Shown piece by piece: positions 23,924 through 33,238 of a stretch of DNA of 64,000 bases (within the stretch, counting starts at the first letter, position 1; every line of letters starts with the position of its first letter). The translations under genes were made by a program, and so were the position numbers. The stretch comes from Eubacteriales bacterium (GTDB lineage Bacteria; Bacillota; Clostridia; Oscillospirales; CAG-272), in contig JAZSPB010000156.1 of assembly GCA_045537235.1 (NCBI GenBank), positions 7,982-71,981 of the forward strand. The letters run 5' to 3'. The notes beneath the pieces were generated by a model. It ran no database searches. It was not told where the DNA came from and saw only the letters and a list, made by a program, of their open reading frames with translations.

Positions 23924-26002
23924 ATGAAAAAACAATTTTTACGGTTGATAGGTTTGTTGCTTTGCCTGTCAGTTCTTCTGTCCAACACTGTGATTCTTGT
24001 GGCTTCTGCCGAGCAAGTAAGCGGAACCTGCGGGGCAGAAGGGGACAATCTGACATGGGAATTGGACACCGACACGGGAGAATTAACCATCTCCGGCTCG
24101 GGCGCAATGGAAGACTACTCTCTTAGTACTGCTTCTCCGTGGTATTCATACCGTAGTTCTATAAAAACGGTAAACATTTCTGACGGAGTTACGAACATCG
24201 GCGATTATACGTTCTATGAATGCAAAAATTTGATGAATATAGAAATTCCAATAGGGATAACGAGTATAGGTAATTTTGCATTCCGAGGATGCGGTAGTTT
24301 GACGGAAATAGAAATTCCGATGGGTGTGACGCGTATAGGTTCTACTGCGTTCTCTAGATGCAGTAGTTTGCTGGATATAAGAATTCCAACAAGTGTGACG
24401 TGGATAGGACCTTATGCGTTCAATGAATGCAACCGGTTGACGAATATAGAAATTCCAACAAGTGTGACGTGGATAGGTTCTCACGCGTTCAGTGAATGCA
24501 GCTGTTTGACGAATATAGAAATTCCGATAAGTGTGAAGAGCATAGGTAATGGGGCGTTTTTTGGATGCAATAATCTTTCGTATATTGCTGTTGCGCAAGG
24601 AAATGCTGTATATCATAGTATAGATAATTGTTTAATAGAGACAGCAGCCAAGGTATTGATTGCCGGATGCAAAAACAGCAAGATTCCCACCGACGGAAGT
24701 GTGACGAGCATAGGCGATTATGCATTCTCCGGATTCACCGACGAGACGAGCCTCACACTTCCCGAAGGATTGACGAGCGTGGGCATTCATGCATTCGAAG
24801 GTTGCACCGGCTTGACGAGCCTTGTGCTCCCCAAAGGATTGACGAGCATAGGCAATTTTGCATTCAGAGGTTGTACCGGCTTAACGAGCCTCACATTCCC
24901 CGAGGGATTGACGAGTATAGGCAATTCTGCTTTCTCTAGATGCACTGGTTTGATGAACCTCACATTCCCCGATGGATTGATAAGCATAGGCACCAATGCA
25001 TTCACTAGTTGCGCTGACTTGTCGGTTCTTACATTTTTATCCCCGACGACAACGATTGGCAATTTCTCCTATGCAATTTCTACAACTTCTACCACAATTT
25101 ATGGTTACGCAGGTTCTACCGCCGAAGCATTTGCCACTCAATACAACCACATTTTTATTCCCTTCGCCACCGACACCTCCACGGTATTTGAATTCACCCT
25201 AACCTTCACCCCCACCCCCGATCAAGTCGGTGTTTACACCCCTGTGGCGACCTTAAACCGTGTCGGCGCAGAAAGCTCCGAAACCTTGGATTTTCTCTAT
25301 ATTGAAGAGTCCACAGGTACACTGGTCATAAAGGATGCGGAAGGAATCTATCAAACGCTCCGCAACGGTTTAGGCAGAGCCATCACCGTAGGCGAAACGG
25401 AAACCGCTGTTGCCGTAATTTACGACAACGTAAACGGACTTTTCCGATACTACATCAACGGCTATCTTGCTTATTATGGCACCTTTAACAAGGCAACCAA
25501 CGACATCCCTGTATACAATCCCGCATTCTGTGCTCTTGAAGCCGTCACCGACAGTTTAACCACACTTGACACAGTGACAGTAAGCAATATATACAACATC
25601 AACGAATCGGGCACCTCCGACTTCATCGGCATTCAGCAAAAAGAGGGCGATACTTCCGCACTTCGCATTCTTGCGGGTATTGATATGCTGTATTACGGCT
25701 CCATGGGCTTTGATGTCGAGCTGTTCCGTGACGGACAGTCTCTCGGTACGATCGCAAGAGCCTCAAGTGAAGTATACACCGGCATCACCGCCGGCGGCGA
25801 AACGGTCACGGCCGATAATTGCGGCTACCGTTATTTCTCTATGCTGACAATTGAGGGAATTGACACCGGCGACGGAGCGGAATACTATTTTGTTGTTCGT
25901 CCCTTCACAGAAGTGGCAACGGTAAAATATTACGGACAAGCCAAGAAAATCGATATCAGCACCACAGGCTTCACCATTGATGAAACCTACACGGCGCAAT
26001 AA
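23924..26002 (+). CDS. Secreted BspA-like leucine-rich-repeat surface protein with a C-terminal non-repeat domain
   Basis: 692 aa. Signal peptide MKKQFLRLIGLLLCLSVLLSNTVILVASA. About 13 repeats of 23 aa (I.IP..VT.IG..AF..C..LT.). The C-terminal ~270 aa look like a beta-rich, LamG-like domain (LFRYYINGYLAYYG). Confidence 0.8.
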   Translation: MKKQFLRLIGLLLCLSVLLSNTVILVASAEQVSGTCGAEGDNLTWELDTDTGELTISGSGAMEDYSLSTASPWYSYRSSIKTVNISDGVTNIGDYTFYECKNLMNIEIPIGITSIGNFAFRGCGSLTEIEIPMGVTRIGSTAFSRCSSLLDIRIPTSVTWIGPYAFNECNRLTNIEIPTSVTWIGSHAFSECSCLTNIEIPISVKSIGNGAFFGCNNLSYIAVAQGNAVYHSIDNCLIETAAKVLIAGCKNSKIPTDGSVTSIGDYAFSGFTDETSLTLPEGLTSVGIHAFEGCTGLTSLVLPKGLTSIGNFAFRGCTGLTSLTFPEGLTSIGNSAFSRCTGLMNLTFPDGLISIGTNAFTSCADLSVLTFLSPTTTIGNFSYAISTTSTTIYGYAGSTAEAFATQYNHIFIPFATDTSTVFEFTLTFTPTPDQVGVYTPVATLNRVGAESSETLDFLYIEESTGTLVIKDAEGIYQTLRNGLGRAITVGETETAVAVIYDNVNGLFRYYINGYLAYYGTFNKATNDIPVYNPAFCALEAVTDSLTTLDTVTVSNIYNINESGTSDFIGIQQKEGDTSALRILAGIDMLYYGSMGFDVELFRDGQSLGTIARASSEVYTGITAGGETVTADNCGYRYFSMLTIEGIDTGDGAEYYFVVRPFTEVATVKYYGQAKKIDISTTGFTIDETYTAQ
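24170..25080 (+). repeat. 69-bp-period tandem coding repeats (LRR units) in two sub-families
   Basis: One example is ...attccaacaagtgtgacgtggatagg..., which occurs twice 69 nt apart (24385/24454). The second block repeats ggattgacgagc.t.ggca...gcattc..aggttg.accggcttgacgagcc. These repeats generate the many shadow ORFs seen in other frames. Confidence 0.85.
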
Positions 26003-26016
26003 GCAAAAGTAAGGGT

Positions 26017-26050
26017 AAGGCTCATTCGGACATTTCTTCGAATGAGCCTT
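26017..26050 (+). terminator. Strong hairpin after the LRR gene (weak T-run)
   Basis: aaggctcattcg / cgaatgagcctt 12-bp perfect stem with a 10-nt loop, followed by TGTCAT. Confidence 0.5.
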
Positions 26051-26125
26051 TGTCATAGTCGTAATGTATATTTTCCAATAGAACAAGCATATAGTTTACC
26101 GAACTCAAAACGGAGGAAGGAAACT

Positions 26126-27298
26126 ATGAAATCACAAATCTTGTCTTTTTTTCTTGCCATAACCATACTCATGACAGCTTTTGTCATTTCCGTGGTGGCG
26201 GCCGATGCGTCGGAGGACGTGTCTTTGGAAAGCTCCGTCGCCCTCGACTTGGAATGCAAAAGCGCGATTTTGATGGACGCAACCACAGGAACTGTCCTGT
26301 ATGAACAAAATGCTGATGAGGCATTGCCTCCTGCATCGGTAACCAAAATCATGACCTTGTTGTTGGTCATGGAAGCGATCGATGCAGGAACCATCAAGCT
26401 GACGGATATGGTCAGTGCCAGCGCCCATGCGGCATCTATGGGCGGCTCACAGATCTACCTCAAAGAAGGCGAACAAATGAGTGTGGAAGATTTGGTAAAA
26501 AGTGTGGTCATCGCCTCGGCCAATGATGCGGCGCTGGCACTGGCTGAGCACGTTGCGGGAAGTGAAGAATCCTTCGTGGAACGCATGAACAAGCGCGCGG
26601 AAGAACTGGGGATGGTCAACACCCATTTTGAAAATACCAACGGGCTTGATGACACCGTAGAAAATCATGTAACCTCTGCGAGAGATATTGCAGTCATGTC
26701 AGCCGCATTGATCAAGCACGAAAAAATACTGGAGTACAGCGGCATTTGGATGGATACGATTCGAAACGGCGCATTTGGTCTGACCAACACCAACCGCCTG
26801 GTTCGTTTTTACCGTGATGCTACAGGACTTAAAACCGGCTCTACCGCCAAAGCGAAATTTTGTGTTAGCGCCACGGCAAAAAGGGATGGAATGCATTTGA
26901 TCTGTGTCATTATGGGCGCCGAGACACGAGACAGCCGCAACGCCATTGCCACCAAGCTTCTTGATTATGGATTTGCAAATTATGCCTTGTATCATGCTGA
27001 GGGAAAAGTTCTGAATGAGCTCAAGGTGCTTGGTGGGGTAGAAGATACTTGCGGCATCGCCTACGACGCGTTTGATTGTGTTTTGCCCAAAGGTGGAGAG
27101 GGAAAGGTACAATGTGAGATCAAGATCGACGAATCGATCGCCGCACCGGTGAAGAAGGGAACCGCGGTAGGAAAAATTATATACCGATCGGGAGATGAGG
27201 TATTGGGAGAGGTTCCCATCCATACCACAGAGACCATAGAGAAGATCGGTTTCGGAGATGTTTTTTTGCGAATGCTTGCAACCATATTTGTTAAATAA
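26126..27298 (+). CDS. D-alanyl-D-alanine carboxypeptidase (class-A low-MW PBP, PBP5/DacB-like)
   Basis: Signal/TM helix, SxxK (PASVTK), SxN (ASAND), KTG (LKTGST) and a C-terminal PBP5_C-like beta domain. The ATG at 26126 follows GGAGGAAGG. Confidence 0.85.
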   Translation: MKSQILSFFLAITILMTAFVISVVAADASEDVSLESSVALDLECKSAILMDATTGTVLYEQNADEALPPASVTKIMTLLLVMEAIDAGTIKLTDMVSASAHAASMGGSQIYLKEGEQMSVEDLVKSVVIASANDAALALAEHVAGSEESFVERMNKRAEELGMVNTHFENTNGLDDTVENHVTSARDIAVMSAALIKHEKILEYSGIWMDTIRNGAFGLTNTNRLVRFYRDATGLKTGSTAKAKFCVSATAKRDGMHLICVIMGAETRDSRNAIATKLLDYGFANYALYHAEGKVLNELKVLGGVEDTCGIAYDAFDCVLPKGGEGKVQCEIKIDESIAAPVKKGTAVGKIIYRSGDEVLGEVPIHTTETIEKIGFGDVFLRMLATIFVK

Positions 27299-27326
27299 AA
27301 AATCACAATAAAATTGCAAAAAGGTA

Positions 27327-27355
27327 TTGAAAAAGTAACGATAATGTAGTAAAAT
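27327..27355 (+). promoter_or_regulatory. Candidate sigma-A promoter of pgi
   Basis: TTGAAA, a 17-nt spacer, then TAAAAT. Confidence 0.45.
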
Positions 27356-27394
27356 ATAGGAAATGCTTATCCAAAAAAGAGGTAAAAAAGACAA

Positions 27395-28732
27395 ATGACT
27401 CTCAAATTAAATGAAAATTATGTAAAAGGCTTTGTTCGTGACACGGAATATGACAATATCCAACCCATGATCACCGCCGCTCACGATCAGCTCAAAGCAA
27501 AAAGCGGCGCAGGAAGCGATTTCCTCGGTTGGACAACGCTGCCCTTCGATTATGACAAGGAGGAATTTGCACGCATCAAGACCGCTGCTGCCAAAATTCA
27601 AAAGGCTTGTGACATCTTTATTGTCATCGGTATCGGCGGCTCCTACCTCGGTGCCCGTGCGGCTATCGAATTTATCCGTTCTCCCCTTTATAACAATATG
27701 AAAAAAGACACGCCCGATATCTATTTCTCGGGTTGCAATATCAGTGCAGAAGCTCTTCAGCAGTTGCTTTCTATCTGCGAGGGCAAGGACGTCTGCATTA
27801 ACGTAATATCCAAGTCCGGTACAACAACCGAGCCCGCTGTGGCTTTCCGTGTATTCCGTGAACTTTTGGAGAAGAAGTATGGTGCTGAAGGCGCGCGTGA
27901 ACGTATTTTTGTCACGACCGACAAGGCGCGCGGAACTCTCAAAAAATTCTCTGACGAGCGCGGTTACGAGACCTTCGTTGTTCCAGACGATGTCGGCGGA
28001 CGTTTCTCGGTGCTTACCGCAGTTGGACTTCTTCCCATCGCCGTTGCCGGCATTGACGTGGATGCTCTTATGAAGGGTGCACAGGATGCCGCTACCGCGT
28101 ATGGTGACCCCGATATTCGCAAAAACGATTGCTATAAGTACGCAGCACTTCGTAACATCCTTTACCGCAAAGGCAAGACCACCGAGATCCTCGTTGGTTA
28201 TGAGCCGGGAAACCAAATGATCAATGAGTGGTGGAAGCAGCTTTACGGTGAAAGCGAAGGAAAGGATCAGAGAGGTATTTTCCCGTCTTCTGTTATTTTC
28301 TCCACTGACCTTCATTCTTTGGGACAGTACATTCAAGACGGTATGAGAAACATCTTTGAAACGGTTCTCAACATCAAAAGCACCGGTTATACTCTTGAAA
28401 TCCCCTATGATGCACAAAACGTAGACGGTCTCAATTTCCTTGCCGGAATGGATCTTAACAAGGTCAACAAGACTGCAATGCAGGGAACTCTTTTGGCTCA
28501 TGTGGACGGCGGTGTGCCCAACATCGTTATTGACCTGGAAGACAAGAGCGAGCACTCGCTGGGTTACTTGATTTACTTCTTTGAGCTTGCTTGTGCGATC
28601 TCCGGTTATGTCCTCGGTGTAAACCCCTTTGATCAGCCCGGTGTAGAGGCTTACAAGAAAAATATGTTTGCTTTGCTGGGAAAACCCGGCTATGAGGCAG
28701 AACGCGCAGAACTTGAGAAGCGCATTCAGTAA
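27395..28732 (+). CDS. pgi: Glucose-6-phosphate isomerase (short Firmicute type)
   Basis: 445 aa. [38 protein letters not shown] and the C-terminal NPFDQPGVE motifs are present. Confidence 0.9.
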   Translation: MTLKLNENYVKGFVRDTEYDNIQPMITAAHDQLKAKSGAGSDFLGWTTLPFDYDKEEFARIKTAAAKIQKACDIFIVIGIGGSYLGARAAIEFIRSPLYNNMKKDTPDIYFSGCNISAEALQQLLSICEGKDVCINVISKSGTTTEPAVAFRVFRELLEKKYGAEGARERIFVTTDKARGTLKKFSDERGYETFVVPDDVGGRFSVLTAVGLLPIAVAGIDVDALMKGAQDAATAYGDPDIRKNDCYKYAALRNILYRKGKTTEILVGYEPGNQMINEWWKQLYGESEGKDQRGIFPSSVIFSTDLHSLGQYIQDGMRNIFETVLNIKSTGYTLEIPYDAQNVDGLNFLAGMDLNKVNKTAMQGTLLAHVDGGVPNIVIDLEDKSEHSLGYLIYFFELACAISGYVLGVNPFDQPGVEAYKKNMFALLGKPGYEAERAELEKRIQ

Positions 28733-28771
28733 ATTTGTGCAAAATTTTTAGGAATATTTTTAAAAAAACTA

Positions 28772-28800
28772 TTGATTTTTTATAGTCTTTGTTGTATAAT
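28772..28800 (+). promoter_or_regulatory. Candidate sigma-A promoter of the small P-loop gene
   Basis: TTGATT, a 17-nt spacer, then TATAAT with an upstream TG. Confidence 0.45.
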
Positions 28801-28832
28801 ATAACCAACCAAAGAAAACGGAGGTATCCCAA

Positions 28833-29240
28833 ATGTTGAAATTAATTATCGGTGTCAAGGGAACAGGAAAAACAAAAACACTTATCAGTATGGTAAACGA
28901 AGCTGTCGATGCTTCGCACGGCGACGTTGTATGTATTGAAAAGGGAACAAAACTCCGCTTTGATATTAAATATCAGGCAAGATTGATAAATACAGAGGAG
29001 TATTATATTGACGACGCACATGCTTTGAGCGGATTCATTGCAGGCATTCTTGCCAGCAATCATGACGTGACTGAGCTATTTGTTGACTCGGCACTCAAGA
29101 TCTGCAAGAACGATGTAGCAGAATTTGAGAAGATGTTGCTCACTCTTGAGAAACTTCTTGAAGGTCAGAACACTAAGGTTTTGATTACCGCGTCTCTTCC
29201 CATGGAGGAAGCAACCGATACCATTAAAAAGTATCTTTGA
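28833..29240 (+). CDS. Minimal (135-aa) P-loop NTPase-like protein, function unknown
   Basis: Walker A-like GVKGTGKTKT at aa 7-16, with a possible Walker B at TELFVDS. It has its own promoter and terminator and a GGAGG RBS. Confidence 0.45.
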   Translation: MLKLIIGVKGTGKTKTLISMVNEAVDASHGDVVCIEKGTKLRFDIKYQARLINTEEYYIDDAHALSGFIAGILASNHDVTELFVDSALKICKNDVAEFEKMLLTLEKLLEGQNTKVLITASLPMEEATDTIKKYL

Positions 29241-29258
29241 TTTATCGAAATAAATAAG

Positions 29259-29295
29259 TCAAGACCGCTGTCTGTTGCAGGGGTCTTGATTTTTG
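29259..29295 (+). terminator. Intrinsic terminator
   Basis: tcaagacc / ggtcttga stem followed by TTTTTGCTTTT. Confidence 0.7.
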
Positions 29296-29362
29296 CTTTT
29301 CTATTATTTTTGTATTCTTCTCATCCTTTTTGATTTATAATTACAAACTGTTTTTCAAAAAG

Positions 29363-29396
29363 GTGCGCACTCTTCGTTTTTTCGAAAAGTGCGCAT
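29363..29396 (-). terminator. Hairpin built from two GTGCGCA(C/T) palindromes; probable terminator of the metal ABC operon
   Basis: gtgcgcac (29363-70) and gtgcgcat (29389-96) pair with an inner ttcg/cgaa. T-runs are present on both strands (CTTTTTG on the minus strand). Confidence 0.5.
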
Positions 29397-29475
29397 TATT
29401 TTTGTTTATCATTCAAACTTAAATAGAAAATTTTTGTCTAAAACGGAGAAACCTTTCCTCCGAAAAATGATAGCC

Positions 29476-30315
29476 CTATCTTTTAAAAATTTTCCCCGCC
29501 AAGCTGCAAAGAAAGAATGTAACAATATCAGCTACAACAATCGTTGCTCCCGCAGGCGTTTCTGCGAGAATGGAAATGCAAAGTCCCAATGTCGCACAAA
29601 CCAAAGCAAGGATCGAGGAGCAAATGACCACGGACTTGAAATTTTTAAACAGTCGCATGGCAGAAAGAGCAGGGAATATTATGAGAGCTGTGATCAGTAA
29701 TGAGCCGACCAAACGCATGGCAAGCACAATGACAACCGCGGTGACAGTGGCAATGAGCAAATTGTAGGCACTTGCCCGAAGCCCGGAAGCCTTGGCAAAG
29801 CTCTCATCAAATGTAACCGCAAAAATTTTATTATAGAAGACCAAATACAGAACAATGACCACTGTGGAAAGTACTACGCAAGTAACAACATCGGTGGTGG
29901 AAAGTGTCAAAAATCTTGTAGAGCCGAACAGCGTAGAGCAAACATCTCCCGCCACATTGGACGAGGTCGAGAAAACATTGAGAAGCAAATAGCCAACAGC
30001 CAAAGAACCGACAGAGATCATCGCCAATGCCGCATCCCCTTTGATTTTGGCATTTTGTCCCATACGCAAAAGCAAGACTGCCGCCACAATAGTAATCGGA
30101 AGAACTACGAGCATACTGTTGGATATACTGATAACCGTAGCTACCGTCATAGCACCGAAAGCTACATGGGAAAGCCCATCTCCGATATAGGAATAGCGTT
30201 TCAGTACCAGCGTGACCCCTAGAAGCGACGCGCAAAGTGCCACAAGAATGCCGACGATCAGCGCGTGACGGACAAAGGGGAACCGAAAATATTCTATCAA
30301 CTTTTCCATTGCCAT
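29476..30315 (-). CDS. znuB: Metal (Zn/Mn-type) ABC transporter permease
   Basis: 279 aa, about 8 TM. ABC-3 family look (ZnuB/TroD/MntB): ...GDGLSHVAFG..., ...LVLAMRLVGSLLITALIIFPA.... Confidence 0.8.
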   Translation of the reverse strand: MAMEKLIEYFRFPFVRHALIVGILVALCASLLGVTLVLKRYSYIGDGLSHVAFGAMTVATVISISNSMLVVLPITIVAAVLLLRMGQNAKIKGDAALAMISVGSLAVGYLLLNVFSTSSNVAGDVCSTLFGSTRFLTLSTTDVVTCVVLSTVVIVLYLVFYNKIFAVTFDESFAKASGLRASAYNLLIATVTAVVIVLAMRLVGSLLITALIIFPALSAMRLFKNFKSVVICSSILALVCATLGLCISILAETPAGATIVVADIVTFFLCSLAGKIFKR

Positions 30316-31031
30316 TATTCAACACCCCCTTTTTCGGTGTCAAAAAACGACTGTCCCTCTCGGCTTTCCCGATATTGCTCCACCGTACCGAAAAAGTGGT
30401 GTGTGGAGCTGATATGGAGAATGTGAGATGCTTGGTTGACTGCCGCAGAAATATCATGAGAAACCATGACTACGGTAATGCCTTCCTCATGATTGAGCCT
30501 GTTGATCAATTCATACATTTCTTGTGTTACTTTAGGGTCAAGTCCCGATACAGGTTCATCCAAAAGCAGCATTTCTCCCGTTGCACATAAGGCACGAGCC
30601 AAAAGCACTCTCTGCTGTTGTCCGCCCGAAAGCTCGCGATAACAACGTTCGGAAAGACCGTCGATTCCCAATTTTTTCATGTTGGTAAGTGCCAACTGCT
30701 TTTCGCTTTTGGTGTAAAAGGGACGCAGGCCCATTCTACCGATACATCCCGAAAGAACGATCTCGCGGACAGAGGCGGGAAAATCACGTTGAATTTGTGT
30801 TTGTTGAGGCAGATAACCGATGTTTTTGTGAGAAAATCCGTTTTCCTCTCGAATACTTCCTCCAAGCGGTGCCTTAATGCGTAAAAGTGCTTTGATCAGT
30901 GTGCTTTTTCCCGAACCGTTTTCACCAACGATGCAAAGGTAATCCCCTCGGTTGATTGAAAAAGACAGGTTTTCAACCACGGGCTTGCCGTCATAACCCA
31001 AAGAAAGATTTTCAACTGTAATTTGTGCCAT
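30315..31031 (-). CDS. znuC: Metal ABC transporter ATP-binding protein
   Basis: Walker A GENGSGKST, signature LSGGQQQR, Walker B LLLDEP, H-loop VSHD. The ATG at 31031 sits 6 nt after GAGGA. Confidence 0.85.
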   Translation of the reverse strand: MAQITVENLSLGYDGKPVVENLSFSINRGDYLCIVGENGSGKSTLIKALLRIKAPLGGSIREENGFSHKNIGYLPQQTQIQRDFPASVREIVLSGCIGRMGLRPFYTKSEKQLALTNMKKLGIDGLSERCYRELSGGQQQRVLLARALCATGEMLLLDEPVSGLDPKVTQEMYELINRLNHEEGITVVMVSHDISAAVNQASHILHISSTHHFFGTVEQYRESREGQSFFDTEKGGVE

Positions 31032-31043
31032 ATTTTTCCTCAT

Positions 31044-32036
31044 TTAGTGGTTTAGCGCAGAGCAAAGCGCTTGGAGATTGTTTTTCATAATATCCAAATA
31101 TGTCACTCCGTTTTTAATATCTTCGCGAGAGATCGACTGGAGCGAATTCAAAGAAACAATGCGAATATCCTTACATTTTGCGGTAGTGATCACGGTGTTT
31201 GCCAGATTATCCTCGGAATTTTCCAAGATCACCACGGCGGGGAGGGAATAATCGTTAAGAACATTTGATAAAAAAGCAACTGTTTCGAAGCTTGCTTCGG
31301 TCTCCGCGGAGCAACCGGGAAATGCCGCGAAGCAGGTGAGCCCGTAGTCATTGGTTAGGTACGAGAAGGGAAAACGATCGGCAAACAGCAAATTTTTTGT
31401 GTCAGCCTCTGCGACCGCTTGCGCGTAATCACTATCCAGTTTGTCCATTTTTGCAACATACTTTGTACAATTGTCGGTATAATGCGCAGCCTTCTCGGGG
31501 ATTTTTTGACAAAGAACATCGGTGATCGCTTTGCAAAAATGCTTGGCATTTTTCAGCGAAAGCCAAAGATGTTCATCATATACTTCTTCATGATGATCAT
31601 AGCCGTGGTGGTCGTTGTGGTCATGACCGTGGTCGTGATTTGTGTTATGATGCACAGATTGTTCTACCAGCTTTTTGTCCTCGGACAAAAGAGACATCAA
31701 CTTGATGACCGTACGCTCGTCATTGGGTGCTGCCTTCAGTGCGTCATCTATCCAAGTATCCGAAATACCGCCCGTGCAAATTAAAATATCGCAAGAGGAT
31801 ATCTTGGCGATATCGCTGACTGTAGGCTGAAAACTGTGAAGATCGGTTCCGTTTTCTGTTAAAAGGATCAATTCAATTCCTTCGGTATGATTTCCCAAAA
31901 TGTTTTTGACCCAATCGTATTCAGGGAATACGGTAGTCACGATCGTTACTGTTTCATTTTTTACCTGACTGCCACAGGATGTAGTGGGAAGAACGACAAG
32001 AAGTATAATCAGTATTAAAATTGCAATTCTTTTCAT
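31044..32036 (-). CDS. znuA: Metal ABC substrate-binding lipoprotein with a His-rich loop (Zn-specific ZnuA/AdcA type)
   Basis: Lipobox (TTSCG) and a cluster-9 SBP pattern. The loop HHNTNHDHGHDHNDHHGYDHHEE is characteristic of zinc-specific ZnuA. Confidence 0.75.
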   Translation of the reverse strand: MKRIAILILIILLVVLPTTSCGSQVKNETVTIVTTVFPEYDWVKNILGNHTEGIELILLTENGTDLHSFQPTVSDIAKISSCDILICTGGISDTWIDDALKAAPNDERTVIKLMSLLSEDKKLVEQSVHHNTNHDHGHDHNDHHGYDHHEEVYDEHLWLSLKNAKHFCKAITDVLCQKIPEKAAHYTDNCTKYVAKMDKLDSDYAQAVAEADTKNLLFADRFPFSYLTNDYGLTCFAAFPGCSAETEASFETVAFLSNVLNDYSLPAVVILENSEDNLANTVITTAKCKDIRIVSLNSLQSISREDIKNGVTYLDIMKNNLQALCSALNH

Positions 32037-32107
32037 TAATATATACCCTTTTTAAAAATCATACGGTTTATTATACTATACAGAGAAGGATTTGTCAATA
32101 GATTTGA

Positions 32108-32122
32108 GAATGATTTTCATTT
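32108..32122. promoter_or_regulatory. Imperfect 7-1-7 palindrome gAATGAt-t-tTCATTt (candidate Fur-family/Zur-type operator), flanked by a TTTGAGAA direct repeat
   Basis: It lies in the divergent znuA/asnA intergenic region. The core aatga-ttt-tcatt is palindromic. TTTGAGAA occurs at 32103 and 32121. It does not match the Bacillus Zur box exactly. Confidence 0.25.
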
Positions 32123-32231
32123 TGAGAAGAGATTTTCTCTTTTTAGAAAAGAATCTTGCCAAAAGGTGTTGTATTTTTTTGAAAAATATGATATGATATA
32201 TTGTATTTTTATTTCCAAGGAGTAGTTTAGT

Positions 32232-33230
32232 ATGTATCGCTCGATTCTTGATGTTAAGACCACACAAAGGGCAATTAAGTCCTGCAAGGATTATTTTGAA
32301 AGAGAGCTGGCCAAGGCATTGAATTTGGTTCGGGTCAGTGCCCCTCTTTTCGTGACCCCCGAATCGGGCTTGAATGACTGTCTAAATGGCGTAGAGCGTC
32401 CTGTGCAGTTTGATCTGTTGGAAACCGGGCGGGAGGTTCAGATCGTTCAGTCTCTTGCTAAATGGAAACGATTCGCACTTGGCAAATACGGTTTTGAGCC
32501 GGGGGAAGGTTTGTATACCGATATGAATGCGATCCGCCGCGACGAGGAAACTGATGCCATCCACTCGATCTATGTAGATCAGTGGGACTGGGAGAAGGTG
32601 ATCACCAAAGAGCAAAGAACGCTTCAAACTCTTCGCGATACCGTAAACAGTATTTTCACAGTTCTTAAAAATACCGAACGCTATATGATTTCCGAATATC
32701 CGCAGCTCGGAGAGGCTTTTTCCAAAAATCCGTTGCCCGATCATATCACCTTTCTGACAACAAGCGAAATGGAGGATGCGTATCCCGAGTTGACACCCAA
32801 ACAGCGGGAGCACCGTGTTGCCAAAGAGTATGGAGCGGTTTGTATCATGCAGATTGGCGGCAAGCTTCGGTCCGGCAAGCCCCATGACGGTCGGTCGCCC
32901 GATTACGATGATTGGTCAATGAACTGCGATATCCTTCTTTATTTTGATGTTTTGGACATCTCCTTGGAGATCTCCAGTATGGGTGTTCGCGTAGATGAGA
33001 ATGCACTTGCCAAGCAGTTAGAGGAGGCGGGATGCAATGACCGTCGCGAGTTGGCATTTCATAAAGCGGTTCTGGATAAGAAACTTCCGTATTCCATCGG
33101 CGGCGGTATCGGTCAATCCAGACTTTGTATGTATTTCTTGAAGAAGATGCACATCGGTGAAGTTCAGGCTTCTGTATGGCCTGAGGCTCAAGAAAAAGCA
33201 CTGGCTGAGCAGGGCTGTACGCTCCTTTAA
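32232..33230 (+). CDS. asnA: Aspartate--ammonia ligase (asparagine synthetase A)
   Basis: 332 aa. AsnA hallmarks are present: ...RVSAPLFV...SGLND.LNG.ERPV.F, IYVDQWDWE, GGGIGQSRLCM. Confidence 0.9.
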   Translation: MYRSILDVKTTQRAIKSCKDYFERELAKALNLVRVSAPLFVTPESGLNDCLNGVERPVQFDLLETGREVQIVQSLAKWKRFALGKYGFEPGEGLYTDMNAIRRDEETDAIHSIYVDQWDWEKVITKEQRTLQTLRDTVNSIFTVLKNTERYMISEYPQLGEAFSKNPLPDHITFLTTSEMEDAYPELTPKQREHRVAKEYGAVCIMQIGGKLRSGKPHDGRSPDYDDWSMNCDILLYFDVLDISLEISSMGVRVDENALAKQLEEAGCNDRRELAFHKAVLDKKLPYSIGGGIGQSRLCMYFLKKMHIGEVQASVWPEAQEKALAEQGCTLL

Positions 33231-33238
33231 TATACGCT

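Noticed and set aside
24146-25202. Regular repeats that at first glance resemble a CRISPR-like or satellite array
   Set aside because: The period is 69 bp with no unique spacers. The repeats are in-frame 23-aa LRR units of a long ORF that has a signal peptide. They are coding repeats, not CRISPR.
27407-28555. 382-aa minus-strand ORF
   Set aside because: It is antisense to pgi, which carries all the canonical PGI motifs.
32037-32231. Possible T-box leader upstream of asnA
   Set aside because: The spacer is under 200 nt. It has no T-box consensus (…GGTGGTACCGCG…-like), no specifier/AG-bay layout and no terminator/antiterminator pair.
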